This document shows, piece after piece, positions 1-13,640 of a DNA stretch of 64,000 nucleotides. Every line of letters begins with the position of its first letter. Position 1 is the first letter of the stretch. The notes beneath the pieces were generated by a model, which was not told the DNA's origin, ran no database searches, and saw only the letters and a list, made by a program, of their open reading frames with translations. A program made the translations under genes and the position numbers. The stretch is taken from assembly GCF_009914755.1 (NCBI RefSeq), contig NC_060928.1. One strand, 5' to 3'. The DNA comes from the human T2T-CHM13v2.0 reference genome, Homo sapiens.

Positions 1-254
1 CTCCCTTTAGTGAGAGTTGCGATAATTAGCCTATTTGCAAGATAGCAGGGAGGATTAAGTGTATATACTGTAATTGAGAAAAACATACTCATGGCTCATC
101 CATGTTAATGGCTTGCCCTTGTTTCCATCATCTTCTGTCTGATTATTGTACTCTAGAGGCAACCAGGTATTCAAGTGTGTGGCAACTGTGGCCTTCGATG
201 TGTATTTGGAGTCAGTCTGTACCTTGACCTTGATTACTCTAAATGAGGAGAAAG

Positions 255-480
255 CTATGACTTAATGGCAAGTACATTGGCCTGAAAATTAAAGACCTGG
301 GTCTAATTACCCTGATAATTGAAGATCTGGCTTACATCCCAGTTCTGTTACTGATGCTGCATTGAATTTAGTCTTTTCACTTAATCTTTTTCACCATTGT
401 TTCTTTTTTGATGGAATGAGGAAAATTCTAGCTACCTTACATGGTTATTGTTATTAAATTTGAATGAAACTCATTTGAGG
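255..480 (+). mobile_element. MIR SINE relic
   Basis: Degenerate MIR core (agacctgggt...ttcacttaatct...ctaccttacatggttattgt); old 30-bp-period internal duplication at 281-330. Confidence 0.55.
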
Positions 481-499
481 TATATTCTTTTAGGAAGAC

Positions 500-1420
500 T
501 GATGAAAACAGAATTTCCAAAGTCCCTAGGTGTTGAAAACGCTTTTCTTTATCATTGATATGTAGTGAATTTTCTCGTTTGTTCTCTTGCTTCGTATATT
601 GGTTTTGAAAAGCCTGCTGCTAATCTGATTATCTCATCTTAGTAAATTATTTGCCACTTTTGCCGGGAGGCCTTGATGATTTTATCTTTAACTTTGAAAT
701 CTAATTGTTTTAATAGGATATGTTTCAGAGTAATTTTCTGAGTTAATTTTCCTCAGGTGAACCTTTTTAAGTTTAGATTGTTGTCTTGTTCTTTCTCTGA
801 AAGGCTTCCTTAAGCTTTACACTTGTAAACATTAGCTTTGTTGCATTGTTTTATTTTTCTTACATCAAGTTAATATTTTATAATTTAAATACTAGTTCTT
901 TTTGCCTGTCTTCCATTTCCATTACTTTCTCTCTGACCCTTTTACTTTTTTATATCTTTTTCGTTTTTAGGGGCTTCTTTCTTGCCTTTCTTCAATGAGG
1001 CTTTGTGAATTTTCATTCGAGTTTTTTCTCATTTGGACATTTTATAATGTATTCTTCATTTCAGTGATAATTTTGTTTTTTTCTTCTATTTCTTTCCTGA
1101 GGTCAATCAGCTCTTTTCCATTTGTCCGTTTTTTCCACTTTTGTTTGTAAATTTTGAATTTCTGATTCGATAGTTTTTAAAAATATCATGTGTCTTATTT
1201 GCGTATATTTAATCCTGCATTGTGTTTTAACTTAATTTTCTTCTGCTTTGTGGTTGCTTTGTATGAAGGAATTATCAGTTGGTATGTGTGGAATTTAGCT
1301 TCCTACTTTTCTGCAACAGCTGTGTAAGGACTTTTCTTCACTTTTATCTACTGGGGTTTTATACAACAGTGCTAGTTTAGTTGTTCCTTCTTCTTTCAAT
1401 ATAGCAAATCTAGGTACTTT
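500..1420 (-). mobile_element. Ancient L1M/HAL1-like ORF1 region, antisense
   Basis: T-rich; gaaaagcctgctgctaatctgatt...gattttatctttaactttgaaat resembles antisense L1M/HAL1 ORF1. Confidence 0.5.
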
Positions 1421-2759
1421 AGAGGATCTTTGTTATGGTAGTGGGGAAAGGATTGTTAACCCTCCAGTTTTATGATTTGCATTTTATCTTGCAAGACCCT
1501 AAATTTTATTTTCTTATTGTCTCTTCTTTATCATCCAGTAGCCTGTACTTCTCTCACCATTTTTTCTCTTTTCTGTTTTCTAAGAGCTCATCTTTAAATT
1601 GCATCTACTGTATCTCTTTAAATCATGTCTGCCTTGAAAATTATGTTTGTCTCTTTAAAAGGGATGGGACCTTTTAAATTGTGCTTACTTAGAAATTTCT
1701 TTCCCGTTGTCCCTGCTCTGATCTGCACAGATATCTTTTCATTCTTTTCAGATATAAGGTGGATTTTATTTTTCTAGTTATTGTTGTAAGTCACTCCTTC
1801 TTTTGTTTTCCCCATTGTTTGCCTGTGAGTAGGGATGGGGCTGGGGGTTGCAGCAGGAGACATGATGCTCTGGGATTTCCTGATTTTCCTCTTTTCACTC
1901 ATAGTTATGCAGTTTTGATATTCTCTATATAAGATATGCTTGAATAATTTACATAGAATTTAACTTTTAATTTAATTTACATAGTATTTAATTTTCCTAG
2001 TTTTTTCTTAAATGTAGAATTTGATTTTCTTTCTCTTTTTTCTTATTTGCAGGGGATATTATGGGAGATAAATAGTTATATTGTTGCCATTGCCCTCAGC
2101 TATCCTGAAAGTATTTTTAAAAAGTTTTTACTTGAAAAACTTGGCTTCTGTTGTTTTACTGCTTGACAACTTTGATTTACATTTTCTCAGATTTGTTTCT
2201 CTCATAAACTTTAGATTGAGTGCACAGTGTATTATTTTGTAGCATGATATACTGTATTTTATAACAACCTTAACGGCTAGCTCATTTAAGATAATATTCT
2301 AGCATGTTTATAAAACAAAATTAATCCATTGATGGATTATTTGCTTGTTCTGTAATTGAAATATTTGAAATATTTACCTTATGAAATCTCTAGATTGTCT
2401 CCACGAGAGTTAATTTTTCTTCAGAAATAATGAAATGCTATCTTAATTATAATGAGAAATATAATGGTGAGGACTTTGTGAACTGAATCATTCAAGTATA
2501 AAATATTTTAAATTATTTTTCCAGTTTTTGCATTATGTGAATTACTTTGGCATCTGATATTTTTGTAAATATTAATAAAATAAAAAAATTATCTTGCATA
2601 AAGTTGCTGACAAATAATTTCTTTGTATGGATGTTTCTGCAAGTGACAAAATCCATGAAAGAACTGAAAATGCAGTATAATTTCTATCATAACTTTTTTC
2701 AATCAACTTTTCATATCTAAATAATTTCAGAAAATTATAAAGGTACGTAAACTTATTAT

Positions 2760-2931
2760 ATCACAATTTTGTTTTAAATATTTTAGATACTGTTTTGCAA
2801 TATAGTGGCTTTCTTTTATAATCCTAGGTATTTTATTTTATGCATGCAAACACATAATTCTAAGAATGGGTCCATAGGTTTTACAAAACTAACAAATGAG
2901 TGTAGGTCATGAAAATGTTTAAGAACCCCTT
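2760..2931. mobile_element. hAT-Charlie DNA transposon end (Charlie4-like)
   Basis: tattttattttatgcat...attctaagaatgggtccatagg...tttaagaacccc matches the recalled Charlie4-type terminus. Confidence 0.55.
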
Positions 2932-2934
2932 CCC

Positions 2935-3290
2935 TAGAATATAGTCCTAAGGAAGACAGGGATTCACTGATGCAGCCTAAGTGCCTGAAACATTCTCTGG
3001 AATATAGGAGGCTCTCAGTGCATATATTCTAGATTAAACTCAGACTTTCCTAGCAAAATCTTTCGTGACTTTTTTATGTGATAAAATACCCTGTTGTAAG
3101 CTCTCATAAGACCAAATACTGCTCATTTTTAGCTCTTGTGGCAATTACACGTTTACATTCATTGTTATTATAATTTGATTGTGAGCCACTGGAATACAGA
3201 CTCTAATTGGGTAGGGATCTTACCACTTTTGCATGCATTTTCTGAGCCCCACACAGAGTCTGGCAAATAAATGTTTGTTGAATGAACTAT
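2935..3290 (+). mobile_element. L2 3'-end fragments
   Basis: Two L2 tail motifs, the second ending aataaatgtttgttgaatgaa. Confidence 0.55.
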
Positions 3291-4314
3291 AAATTATATT
3301 GAGACACAAAATAAGTAAGATTTACTTTCTGTCTCAAAGTTTTGTAGGGACTGTGAGAACTGTAAAATATTGTAGCAAAAGGTAGTACCCCAGCAAACAA
3401 TCATCCAACCGACTGGCTAAATGAATAAATAAAACTTATAAGAAAGTACAAATACATTGTTATGGGAATTGAAGGTATTAAGTGATCACTTTTTGTGTAG
3501 AGGTCAGTGTGTGGTTTATATAAGTAGTAGTAATTTACTTGAATGTAGAAGGAGAGGTTGGATTTCTAACACATTTATAGAGACCCTTCTATTCTAAGAA
3601 AGGGGAATAAAAGCAAAAGCATGGAAATGGCAAGAAACAGGGCAATTTCAGACACTGACCATAAGTTATCTATAAGGAACGGAGAAAATTAGTTTGTGCA
3701 GTTAGATTTTGAGTAATTTCAGTATAAACCTGGGTGCTAAGGCAAGGTTTTGGACTAAGCTTCTTTGGTAGCTAATGCTACCCTGTTTACAGTTTTTGAA
3801 AAGTGAAATATTCAATGCAAACTATTAGGGAGATTCAACTTAACATAGAAAAATAATACTGTGAAATAGATTTTTCTAATAAAATAAGTATAAAACACAT
3901 ATTTCAGATTAATAAGAGTTCTTAAATTCAATAACATATTTTGTGTTTATTAAAAACACCATAGATAAATTTTGTGTGGATACAGAGAAATAAAACTAGA
4001 TAAGGCCTATTATAAAAATTTTACCTCTAAGAGGTAAGATCTGCATTTTTACTTATGTCATGTGTGGATAATGGGATTAATACTCAATTTATCTCCAGAG
4101 GAAGGTCAGCATGCCTGTTCAATAGCATTATATATTTCAAAACTGTAATAGACAACAGCAGAACCTTTGCTTGCAAATTATTTTATTTTTATGTAGTTAA
4201 TATTTTGATGACATGAGAGAAAATGCCCATGGAGAAGAGACCAAAGAAAGCCACTTCCACTTAATTGATATATTTGTATTAATTTCTAGATTTAAATCTA
4301 GGTGTGAGGTTACA

Positions 4315-4545
4315 GAGTAACATGGCAGAGAGCTTAGGAAATCATGGACTTTCAGCCAGACCTGGGTTTCAACACCTACTGGGTTGCTTCCCAGCTCTTG
4401 AGTCTTAGGCAAGTTGCATAACTAATAAGAGCTTTAGTTTCCATATATGTAAAGCAAAAACAACAAAAATGGGAATCACATGACATGATGCATAGTGCAT
4501 AGCACAGTGGTTGTTTAGTAAGCAATCAATAAAATTGTTTTATGA
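4315..4545 (+). mobile_element. MIR SINE
   Basis: agccagacctgggtttcaa...ttaggcaagttgcataac...agtttccatatatgtaaa...tagcacagtg...tcaataaa. Confidence 0.75.
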
Positions 4546-5049
4546 TTAAAATATTATGATCATGCATGATAGAGGTCCAAACTATGAAATACTCCTCTCT
4601 TTATTTTCTAAAATCCTACATTTAAAATTTTCACTAAGTTCACTATTTGAAATTCCACCATTTATTGATTCATTAGATAAGAAAATTTCTTTGCTACTGT
4701 AACCATTAGACAGTTGTAGATACTGGCTTTACTTCTTTCATCCTGGCCTGATGCTGTGGCTAGGCAAGTAAAGAAGAAAATGAAGAGGGTAAAAAGAAAG
4801 TAATTGGAAGAAAAGGATGTAGAAATTGCTGAGTATCAAAGCAAGAAGACAGAGAACGACATGAGTAAAATAAAGACATTGAAGAAAGTCTGAGAAAAAA
4901 GCCAAATATAAGAGAGAATGAATACTCTCTCTACCATTCGCTACTGCTCATTAAGATTATAATAATAACAGTGTTGATAAGTTAAATTTTTTGCCTTCAA
5001 AGTCAGCTTTTCTCTGCCTTGCTACAAGATACTGAGAAAATGTGGAGAG

Positions 5050-5255
5050 CCCCGATTTAGCTGTTGGCCTTCAAATCTTATCCCAAACTCTATAAAGTGA
5101 CTGATCTGGAGCAAGTTACTTAACAACTATGAATGTGAGTTTACCAATTTGTAACATGGTGAAAGTTAGCAAAGGAATTAAATCCAGGAATGACACATAG
5201 CAAACTATACCACTATACCACACACAGGAAGTCTTCTTTATATGTTAGCTGCTAT
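5050..5255 (+). mobile_element. MIR SINE relic
   Basis: gagcaagttacttaac...agtttaccaatttgtaacatgg; ends atgttagctgctat. Confidence 0.6.
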
Positions 5256-5346
5256 GTATAAATATATGTAGTGTTCTCTCCTGTTCTCTCTCACTCTCTC
5301 TCAATATATGTATATAGCAGCTAATATCTGTATGCATATATATTTG

Positions 5347-5398
5347 ATTTATAAATGTTATGATGTTATGTTATTTATAAATGTTATGATGTTATGTT
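5347..5398. repeat. Perfect 26-bp tandem duplication
   Basis: atttataaatgttatgatgttatgtt x2 (5347-5372, 5373-5398). Confidence 0.95.
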
Positions 5399-7532
5399 TG
5401 AAAATAGTTTGAAACTGTTTTCAAAACTGGCACTTTTATTTTGTGGATACAAATAAATGTTTTTCTGTCATCCTACTGCCACAAATTCTTTTCCTGAAAA
5501 TGGTTTAAAATGTATTCAACAACAGCATTATATATCTAATGAAACTTGTCACTTAATTTCTTCAAGTTCTTCATTCCATATTATTTATTTCTTAAAAATT
5601 TGAGAATCAGATACTTATCAATTTACTTTTTAGTTTAGTATGATTTCATAAAATTGTAACATTTATAAATTATTATATAATTTGCTTAGTAATAGTCATA
5701 CGACTCAATATTTCAATCAGATTTTATAACAATTTGTTTGAAACTTTGAATTGTGATAAAAGAACTTTTCAGAGATAAATTCAGATTAAAAAGCAAAAAA
5801 ATTTAAAAGCCTTTTGATGGGGAGTACCAGTTACTTGTCCAAATTGAGAGAAAAAGAAACAGTCATCAAAATGACCAAGAGTAATATAGCCTCAGATTTC
5901 TCTTTGTTACCTGATGACACTATTTAAGATGGACTGTCAGATCCCATTAGGTTTGCGGATAATATTCTGCAGATGAGATGAAAATGGAGTTTTCGCTCAG
6001 CAGGAGGAAAGTGAGAAGTACACTTATTCTAGTCAGGCTCAGAGATGTTATTCTTTTTCTGTTGTTGCTATGGGATAACATTGCATCAATAACAGGAAAG
6101 CGATCCAACTAAGCTTCATGCACCGCAATCAAGTTGTTTTGATGCAAATAAGGTTCAGTCACTTAGGGTACTCAGTTATGACAAACTGTGCTAACAAACT
6201 ATAAATCAAACCTGAGCTGAATTGCAAGTGTATATGCTAGATAAAAAAGAGGAAAAGCTTTTATCTTTTAGTAGACTTAAGAGTTATTTTGAATAACTAT
6301 AAAGACCTTTACAATATTTACTGCAAAATTAAAGTATAAATGTTGTTGTTGATAATTTTTAAAAGTCAATTTTTATTGTCCCAGAAATCCTAATGGAGTT
6401 TTTATTAAAACAATATTATGAGACAAGTAAGCCTATGTTATATTTGGGATAGTATGTTTTTCTAGCATACATAAACAAACCTCTGATCATAGCTCTTTTT
6501 CCCTTTCATTTTGAAATTGTAGTTGGTCTGGAGAATGAGGAAAAGGAATTTACTAAAATTATTTGCTCTTTAAAAAGTTATGCTTATGTATTATACATAT
6601 TCACATTTAATTCAAAATCCTTATTTTTTAAAATTTTATTCATAGAAACATTGGCATTTAGGACCCATATATTTACCTGACTGACATTTGCTGGTAATAC
6701 ATGTCTGTCAAACTAAAGTATTAGAAACTGAATAGATTTTGAACTAGGAGTTCACATGCAATTGCCCATGTTTCATACTGTTGTATCATTTGTTCACATT
6801 TCCTTTAGTGGTTGTGGAATAGAAATTATAATAGCCATATATAGAGAGACCTTACATGGAGCCGAAAGAATATATATCAACCTAAAAACACACTGAGTTA
6901 CTATAAGAATCTTAGCCATGTGTATCTAAATTTTCATTTTTCACTGCCAGGTGCAATTTGAGAATGAATCTTTCCTACATAAGAAGACATTGTAAATATG
7001 CAGGTGGGCCCTAAATCCTGCATTTGTAGAGCAGTCATACTGTGCTAGCTTGTAGTCATAAATGTTTCTAGATCAGAATTAGATTTGGAAATTTAGCAAC
7101 CAATGAAAATAAGCATTTCAAAACCTTGTGGGTGATTGTTTTTTGTTTGTTTTTAATTAAGTCTGAAGAGAGTGCACAGAATGTCACACAGTAAATAGAT
7201 GCTGTCATCTTTCATTACCAGGCACCCCATGACAGAGTCCATTGCAGCAGAGCTGAGGACCTTCATATCACAAAATGAGTTTGCTTATCAGGCATAGAGT
7301 GAAATGTTTCTGTATCTCACAAGAATGTCTGATATTATGCTTCTTTAACTGCACCTGTAAGCCTGTTCACTGCAATTTAAAGATAGTATCATATGTAACT
7401 TGAAGTCATTTTCAACTGGCCATTTGCTCACTCTTAGAATGAGTTTTCTAATTAATAAATATTTTTGAAGACATGGTGAATAATTGGTCAGATATAGTTA
7501 GGATTAGTATTAAACCCTCGGATCTGAAATTG

Positions 7533-8676
7533 TGATGAAAGGGTCTGAGATTTCACCCTGCGTCTCAGCTAATGAGTGAGCCTGTCACAGTTTTACAGAT
7601 ATTGACAGAAAGATATGAGGCATCTGTGTCAGAGACAAGAGTTTCTTCCAGTAAAAGCAGCAGTCGAAGTAACATTGTAATGCTGTTCCCTGAGCCCCAA
7701 TTCCCAGGGGACTACCGGATGAGGGCCAGGTGATGCCTGCACGTGTGAGGGGTATACTACAGAAGAACCGTGAGATTAGAAGACTGTTTTTTATAGAAGC
7801 TATTGGAATCCTTTGTCGTGGAGAAAAACGTTATCTTTATTACCCTGTGCAAAATTAGGAAACAGTCCAGAAGATCATCCTCACATTTGAGCTCAGTTGT
7901 AAGTCCAGGTGTCCCCCAAACCACCTTAAGTATTTATAATTCACTGCCTGGATGAATAGAACTCACTGAAAGCTGTTATATGCGTGGTTATGACTTATTA
8001 TGTCAAAAGAATACAGATTAAAATCAGCCAAAGGAAGAGATGCATGTGGCAGAGTCTAGGAAAGTTCCTAGCGTGAAACTTCTGATTCTCCTCTCCCAGT
8101 GGAGTTACGGACAACACTGATTTTCTCTGCAACCCTGCATGATAATATGGATGGAGTATTGACAAACCCCAGAAGCTCATCAAAGCTTTGGTGTCCAGAG
8201 TTTCTGTGGAGGCTCTGTTATGTAATCATGGTCTACTGCCCGTATGGCTAGTCTTAGTCTACAGCCCCTCCAGTGTGTGAGCTGAAATTGTGACTGAAGA
8301 ACTCCACCCCAAATGACATCTGGTGTGACATTTTCTACCCTAATTCCTATTGTTAGAGTATCTGGTATGATCCAAGTCCCTCAGGCAAGCAAAGGCACTC
8401 CCATAAGTGCCTTTTATGAAATTCCAAAGGCTTAGAGACCTAGCAAAAGCCAAGGAAAAAGACAAGACATGAATTTGGGCGATGTTAAATTATTTATTAC
8501 AATTCTTAGAATGTAAGCAGATCTCTCTGGGGAGGGGAACAAGATGTGTTTATTTTTATCATCTCTGTCTTTCCAGAGCTTTCTGCTTATACAAATATTT
8601 CTGAAAAAAATAGTCCTGGAGCAAATTGGCTGTTAATGTCTAGATGTGTAGATTCATGGAGAAAAGCCTGCCAACA
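7533..8676 (-). mobile_element. ERVL solo LTR (LTR40/LTR41-like), interrupted by MER21
   Basis: Starts tgatgaaagggtctgagatttcaccct and ends catggagaaaagcctgccaaca; the halves flank 7846-8501. Confidence 0.65.
7846..8501 (-). mobile_element. MER21-family LTR
   Basis: agaactcactgaaagctgttat...aagaatacagattaaaatcagccaaaggaagag...; right end reads TGTAATAAATAATTTAAC on the minus strand. Confidence 0.75.
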
Positions 8677-11600
8677 ATTAGCTAGTGCTTTGCATTTGAT
8701 AAAACTCATCTTTTGAGATTCCCTCTTTCAAATTTCTGGCTCTTTGGGTGGACTAAAGAGCACTTCTTTTCAAGCTGTATTTATTAAACCTAGAGAAAGT
8801 GATCACACTACTTTTAGTAGCTTTTATGTTGGTAACAGAGGAAGTCTTTCGACATTGGGAAGGTTTTTTACTTCCCTCATGCATACATATATGTGACTTG
8901 ACCAAATTTAGAAGGTTTTTGAAGGGAACAGAAATCACAGATTACCTGGAAGCAAGCAATTTCATGAGATGGCACCACTGAAATTTATTTCAATTTTTTC
9001 CCTCCTAAAAACAAGGCGATTTTCTTCAATGACTATAAGGTTAACAAAACCTAACCATGATTTATAATTTAAATATATAATTTCATGTGTTTCTTAAAAT
9101 GATATTCCATTGCTGAGAGTGACAGTCTCCTCTCTGCCTCGAAACCCTAATAGTTGGAAAGGAGAGGACAGGTACTCTGCTTTCTAATCCTCCTGCCTTC
9201 AATCATTACTCCTCATTCCTATTAATACACTTATATTTTTAGCCATGACTATTCCTCACCCTGCCCCTCCCAAATTCACTTTCCCTTTAGATACTTTCAT
9301 GGATCCAAAAGGAAAAGCGATGCTTCTTTTTATCCATTTGGTTCAAGCATGAATATCTTTCCTTGATATCTCATAGTAAACTTCGGAACATTTAAAAAGA
9401 TTTTTGTAAAAGCTAGGATAACTTTTTCAAACTATTTTCCCTAAAACATAATTTCCTTTAAAACAAGAATTTCACTGTCAAATACATTTGGAAAGTGTTG
9501 TAAACAATATTTTCCTCTAGGGAAATTCAAAATACACATTATGCCTAAAAGGCTGTAACAAAATCCTGCAGCAAAATTTAGACAGAGGAACAGCAATAGG
9601 TAAAATAAATACAGAGTACAGCATGCAACCAACACAGTTTCTTATAAGATATAGTTTGTCCCTTATGGCATCAGATGTGAGTTTCAAGGGCTGCCTTTTA
9701 TGTGAAAGAGTCATTTCTTAGCCTTCACACCCAGAAGCATTGGCTGAAATAGTTTGACAGCTTAAGGTCTAGACCTAAGAAAGTGAAGCTCATTGAAAGA
9801 GGTTATTTCCTCTCCTGCTTACCTAATACTTTTCTTCTAAGTTTTTTCCTTTTCTCTGTGGATACTGGTATGACTAAATCTACCTGGGAAGAGTAAGTCC
9901 TCAGGCTATGGCTTCGCTCTGTGACCACAAAGGACTGCCAAATTCAGTGTAAGACAATGACTTAATAATTCTTAGATAAAATGTGGTAACTAGAGCAAAC
10001 AGGAAGTAGTGGAGCTAACAGTGTTATATTTCATTGTGTGCAGTTGATATTTCATAGGTATAGCTTCTGCATATCCCAGGGATCAGAGATATGCTCTGCC
10101 CTGAATAATGGCTGAATTAATTGTTTATTTTCCTAGATATGACTTAGTATGTTTGACTATGCATTAGTATGCTAATGGTGTATGTATAGAACAACTAAAG
10201 TCAAAGTGAGGCAATTTAGTAGAAAATAATTTCAATTCCTTATTTATGACAAAATTTAAGTCACATTTTAACTCAGAAAATGAGTGACTTTTAATAAAAA
10301 AAATTTCCTATAAAAGATACTGATTTTCTTTTTACTGGAAACAATATTTTTCAACATTGTGTTCTTTCTTCGAGAGCTTAGCCTCCCCTAAATATGAGAA
10401 TCATCTACTTAAGGAACTTGAAATTCCTGAGAAGACACAAAACATGTATATATAAATATACTACAATACATCAGCAAATAGTCATTCTTTTTCAGGTTTA
10501 CCTTATTTTTTATTCATTATCAAATCTGCTTTTAACTTTTTATCAGAAGCAGAACACTAGATTTAAAGGCTTTCCAAAGCCTAATGAGTAAGTCCAGTGT
10601 TCTCTATGTGAATATTGCATACTTAAGGCTGTCATGTTTTGATTAAGCATAAGCTTTAATAGATTTGCTGGAATAATTATTAAAATATTTGAAGACCTAC
10701 ATTTCATACTGGAAAGGTCAGAAAGATAAAACATACATTAGCGGATAAATTCATATGAGATAAGTTTTAGAAAAATTAATTTCATGGTATTTATGACTTT
10801 TTGGAGTGATAGTTTGTTGATGCCTATTGTTAAGTAATGCCAATACAATGTGACACAATTAAATAAAATAAAATAAAAAAAAGAAAAAAAAAGGTGAAGA
10901 ATAGTTGTGTATTTTATAAAGATTTTTTTAATCTTTATACTCTTGATTTACTCTTTTGAAACTGTTTCTATTAGAAATGCCTGATGCCACATTTTTAAAC
11001 AAAGTGTCTATTTCTTCACAATTTGTATCCAGGAAAACATCATTTCTATTAATATGCCAGTGCCAGAGAGAAACATATTAATACACTTTCACTTTCATTT
11101 TTATACTGACATTTTATTTTTAGTCTTGCAGTCTAATTTTTTTTTCTACCTGAACTGTCTTATGGACTAGGTAAACTTAAACACGTATCATTCCTGAGAA
11201 AGGAGAAAAAAATGAAAACATACTCTATGTCTTATCCTTTCAAAAACTTTAAAAGTTGGAATTCTGAATTCGAGAAAGCATTCAGAAAATAACATTCTAA
11301 GGAAAATATCCTAGTTCTTTCTCTAAAATACACCTCTGCTAAATATTATCAGATATATTTTCACTGATCTTAACTTCGAAAATGATTTCAAATTAAGGAT
11401 GACTTGCTAGACATAAGATAATTTGGCTCTAATTTTTTTGTACCTTTACAAATTGACTTCAATTCAGAGGAAAATGATTTGTGAAAAGTCTACTTTATGC
11501 CATTTGATTTATATAACAGTGGCAAAATATGCCTAACTGGTATGTGAGTAAAAGATATATTTGCTAAGTTATTATTTGCTAAACAAATCTCCAAATAAAT

Positions 11601-12365
11601 AGGGCCATCTTTTAGAAAACGTATAATTGATGTTTTAGCTAAAATTTTACTCAAATGAGGTAATGAGCAAGGCTAAGCCTCACGTTGGTATTGAGTGTGT
11701 ATTCTTATATCTCTGAAAGTGAGGAATGGACAAGGGCAATCATTCTGGGATGCTATTTGCATTATAGACCAGAAAAAAAAATTTATAATGACTTTTAAGA
11801 GGGCCAAGTCTGGATTTGTTAGAAAACAAAACTCTGGTAGTGTGTAGGACTCTTACGCAGCTAAAGGAAAAGTAAGGTGGATTAATTTATTAGCAGTCAC
11901 TTGCTCCACTCCAGGTTCAGGCTTCAACAGTACATCCCAATCAGCCCTTTAAAGTGCCCCTTATCTGTGCACCACTCATCCTTCAGCCCCACATTCAATC
12001 TTTAGGGCCTACTTGTCTGTTGCACATGAGCATACACACACATATCCCAGCTGGCACAAGTAATGTTATCTTCACTGACAATTTCAAAGGACGCAAGGAA
12101 AGGGGAGCCTGGCACCTGGGTAGAGCCTCTGGGACTCATGACTCCGAGGGTGGCTAGAGAACAGATAGACCAAACATCGTGAAGGTGCCTAGAAACTCTA
12201 AGACTCTAGGTCCTTGGATTGTAGGGCTTCAGCCTAGTATGACGTGTCTCCTAGTGAGTGGTAGGACCTGGGAAACTCCTATTGGTATTTGTGTCATGCT
12301 AAGCAGAATTGACTTAGAAAAGTTAGTTACAACAACATCTTATAAGCAAGGTTTATCATTTAAAG

Positions 12366-12396
<31 letters not shown>

Positions 12397-12427
12397 GACA
12401 TATATACACACACATACACACACATAC
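12366..12427. repeat. (TA)n(CA)n compound microsatellite
   Basis: Seen directly. Confidence 0.9.
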
Positions 12428-12509
12428 TAGCATATTCTTTATCAATAAGTGATTACTCTGTACTATTTTCAAACTTCAGAATATCAAAGTTCAAAAGAAT
12501 CGTTTGAAA

Positions 12510-12680
12510 GAGTGAGGGTAAGAGGTTTTAATATGTAGTTTTCTGAGCCTTGTTCTTAGACTCTGAATCAAGATTGAGTTGGTTTGTTCTGGAAACCAAG
12601 AATTTGCTAGCCAAACAAACATCCATGCTGGATTGAATAACAACAGTCTTAGGAACACACTTTACAAAGCATGACCCCAC
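12510..12680. mobile_element. MER5-like hAT relic
   Basis: agactctgaatcaaga...ggaacacactttacaaagcatg resembles a degenerate MER5A/B. Confidence 0.4.
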
Positions 12681-12884
12681 TGTAATTGTACCTATCAACA
12701 TTTATTTTGCAGTATATAATATGTGATGCCCAACCACAATAGTGTGAGCATTTTTCACTAATCATCCACTGCTGTTTCCTTCACTGCATTCTTTCTGTAA
12801 TGCTTCATTTAACAAATGTTAGTTGGCCATGATTTAGCAAAACATGATGTCTACCCATTAATAACCTGTATCATAATATGAGAA

Positions 12885-13640
12885 CATTTCATTCACTTAA
12901 TGTTTGCTAAGTGTCTATAATACAGAAAGATTTACAGTGAAACTCCTCTTTCAACAAACTTTATCAGGAAAATTGTCACATCTAGAAACACTCACAAGAA
13001 AATGAAGAAAGTAAGAAGTGCCATAAGAGAAGTCACGATAAAAGTTTTTCCCAGAAGGGGATTGCTTTAAGCTTAGGGTAGTCATGAAAATAGAGTATTT
13101 CAGGTGATCATTCATGGCACTGTTTAAATATGAGTCAGGCTGTGAAACTCAGGGCAAGGAGAGAAGCAGTGGCAGATGAAGGGAAGGTTTAGGGTATGCA
13201 CAGGGAACTGTGTACCATATGCGTATATAGAACACATTTGGATATCACATAGGATAAGTGAATAGCAATAAGGTAAATTTGGAGCTTGGTAAGAGAACCT
13301 TTTGAATGCCAAATAAATAAATAAGGACTATAAGCATTACTGTGTAGATGAGGAAATGCCAGTAAGGGTTGGGGTACCAGGGCAGTATATCATGAAGATG
13401 TTCCAGGTAAGTTTGTGATGAGTTGAAGTGAAGGAAACTGTTCTATAGGAGACCACAGAGACTAGATAAGATGTAAAAATGCCTGAATTTAAGTACATAA
13501 TAAAAGGAAAATAATGTAAGGAAAATTTAAACAATTATATTGAATAAGTCTTGGTAACTACTGGACATGGGGGAAAGGAAAGAGTCAAAAAACAATGCCC
13601 AGAATTTGAAAGCTGGGCAACTAAGATTATTGTGGTGACA
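12885..13640 (-). mobile_element. L2 LINE fragment
   Basis: Starts attcattcacttaatgtttgctaagtgtcta (antisense L2 tail); purine-rich body with ttgaatgccaa and aggaaagagtcaaaaaacaatgcccag. Confidence 0.65.

Noticed and set aside
1945-1996. 28-bp-period imperfect duplication
   Set aside because: Ordinary slippage in AT-rich sequence.
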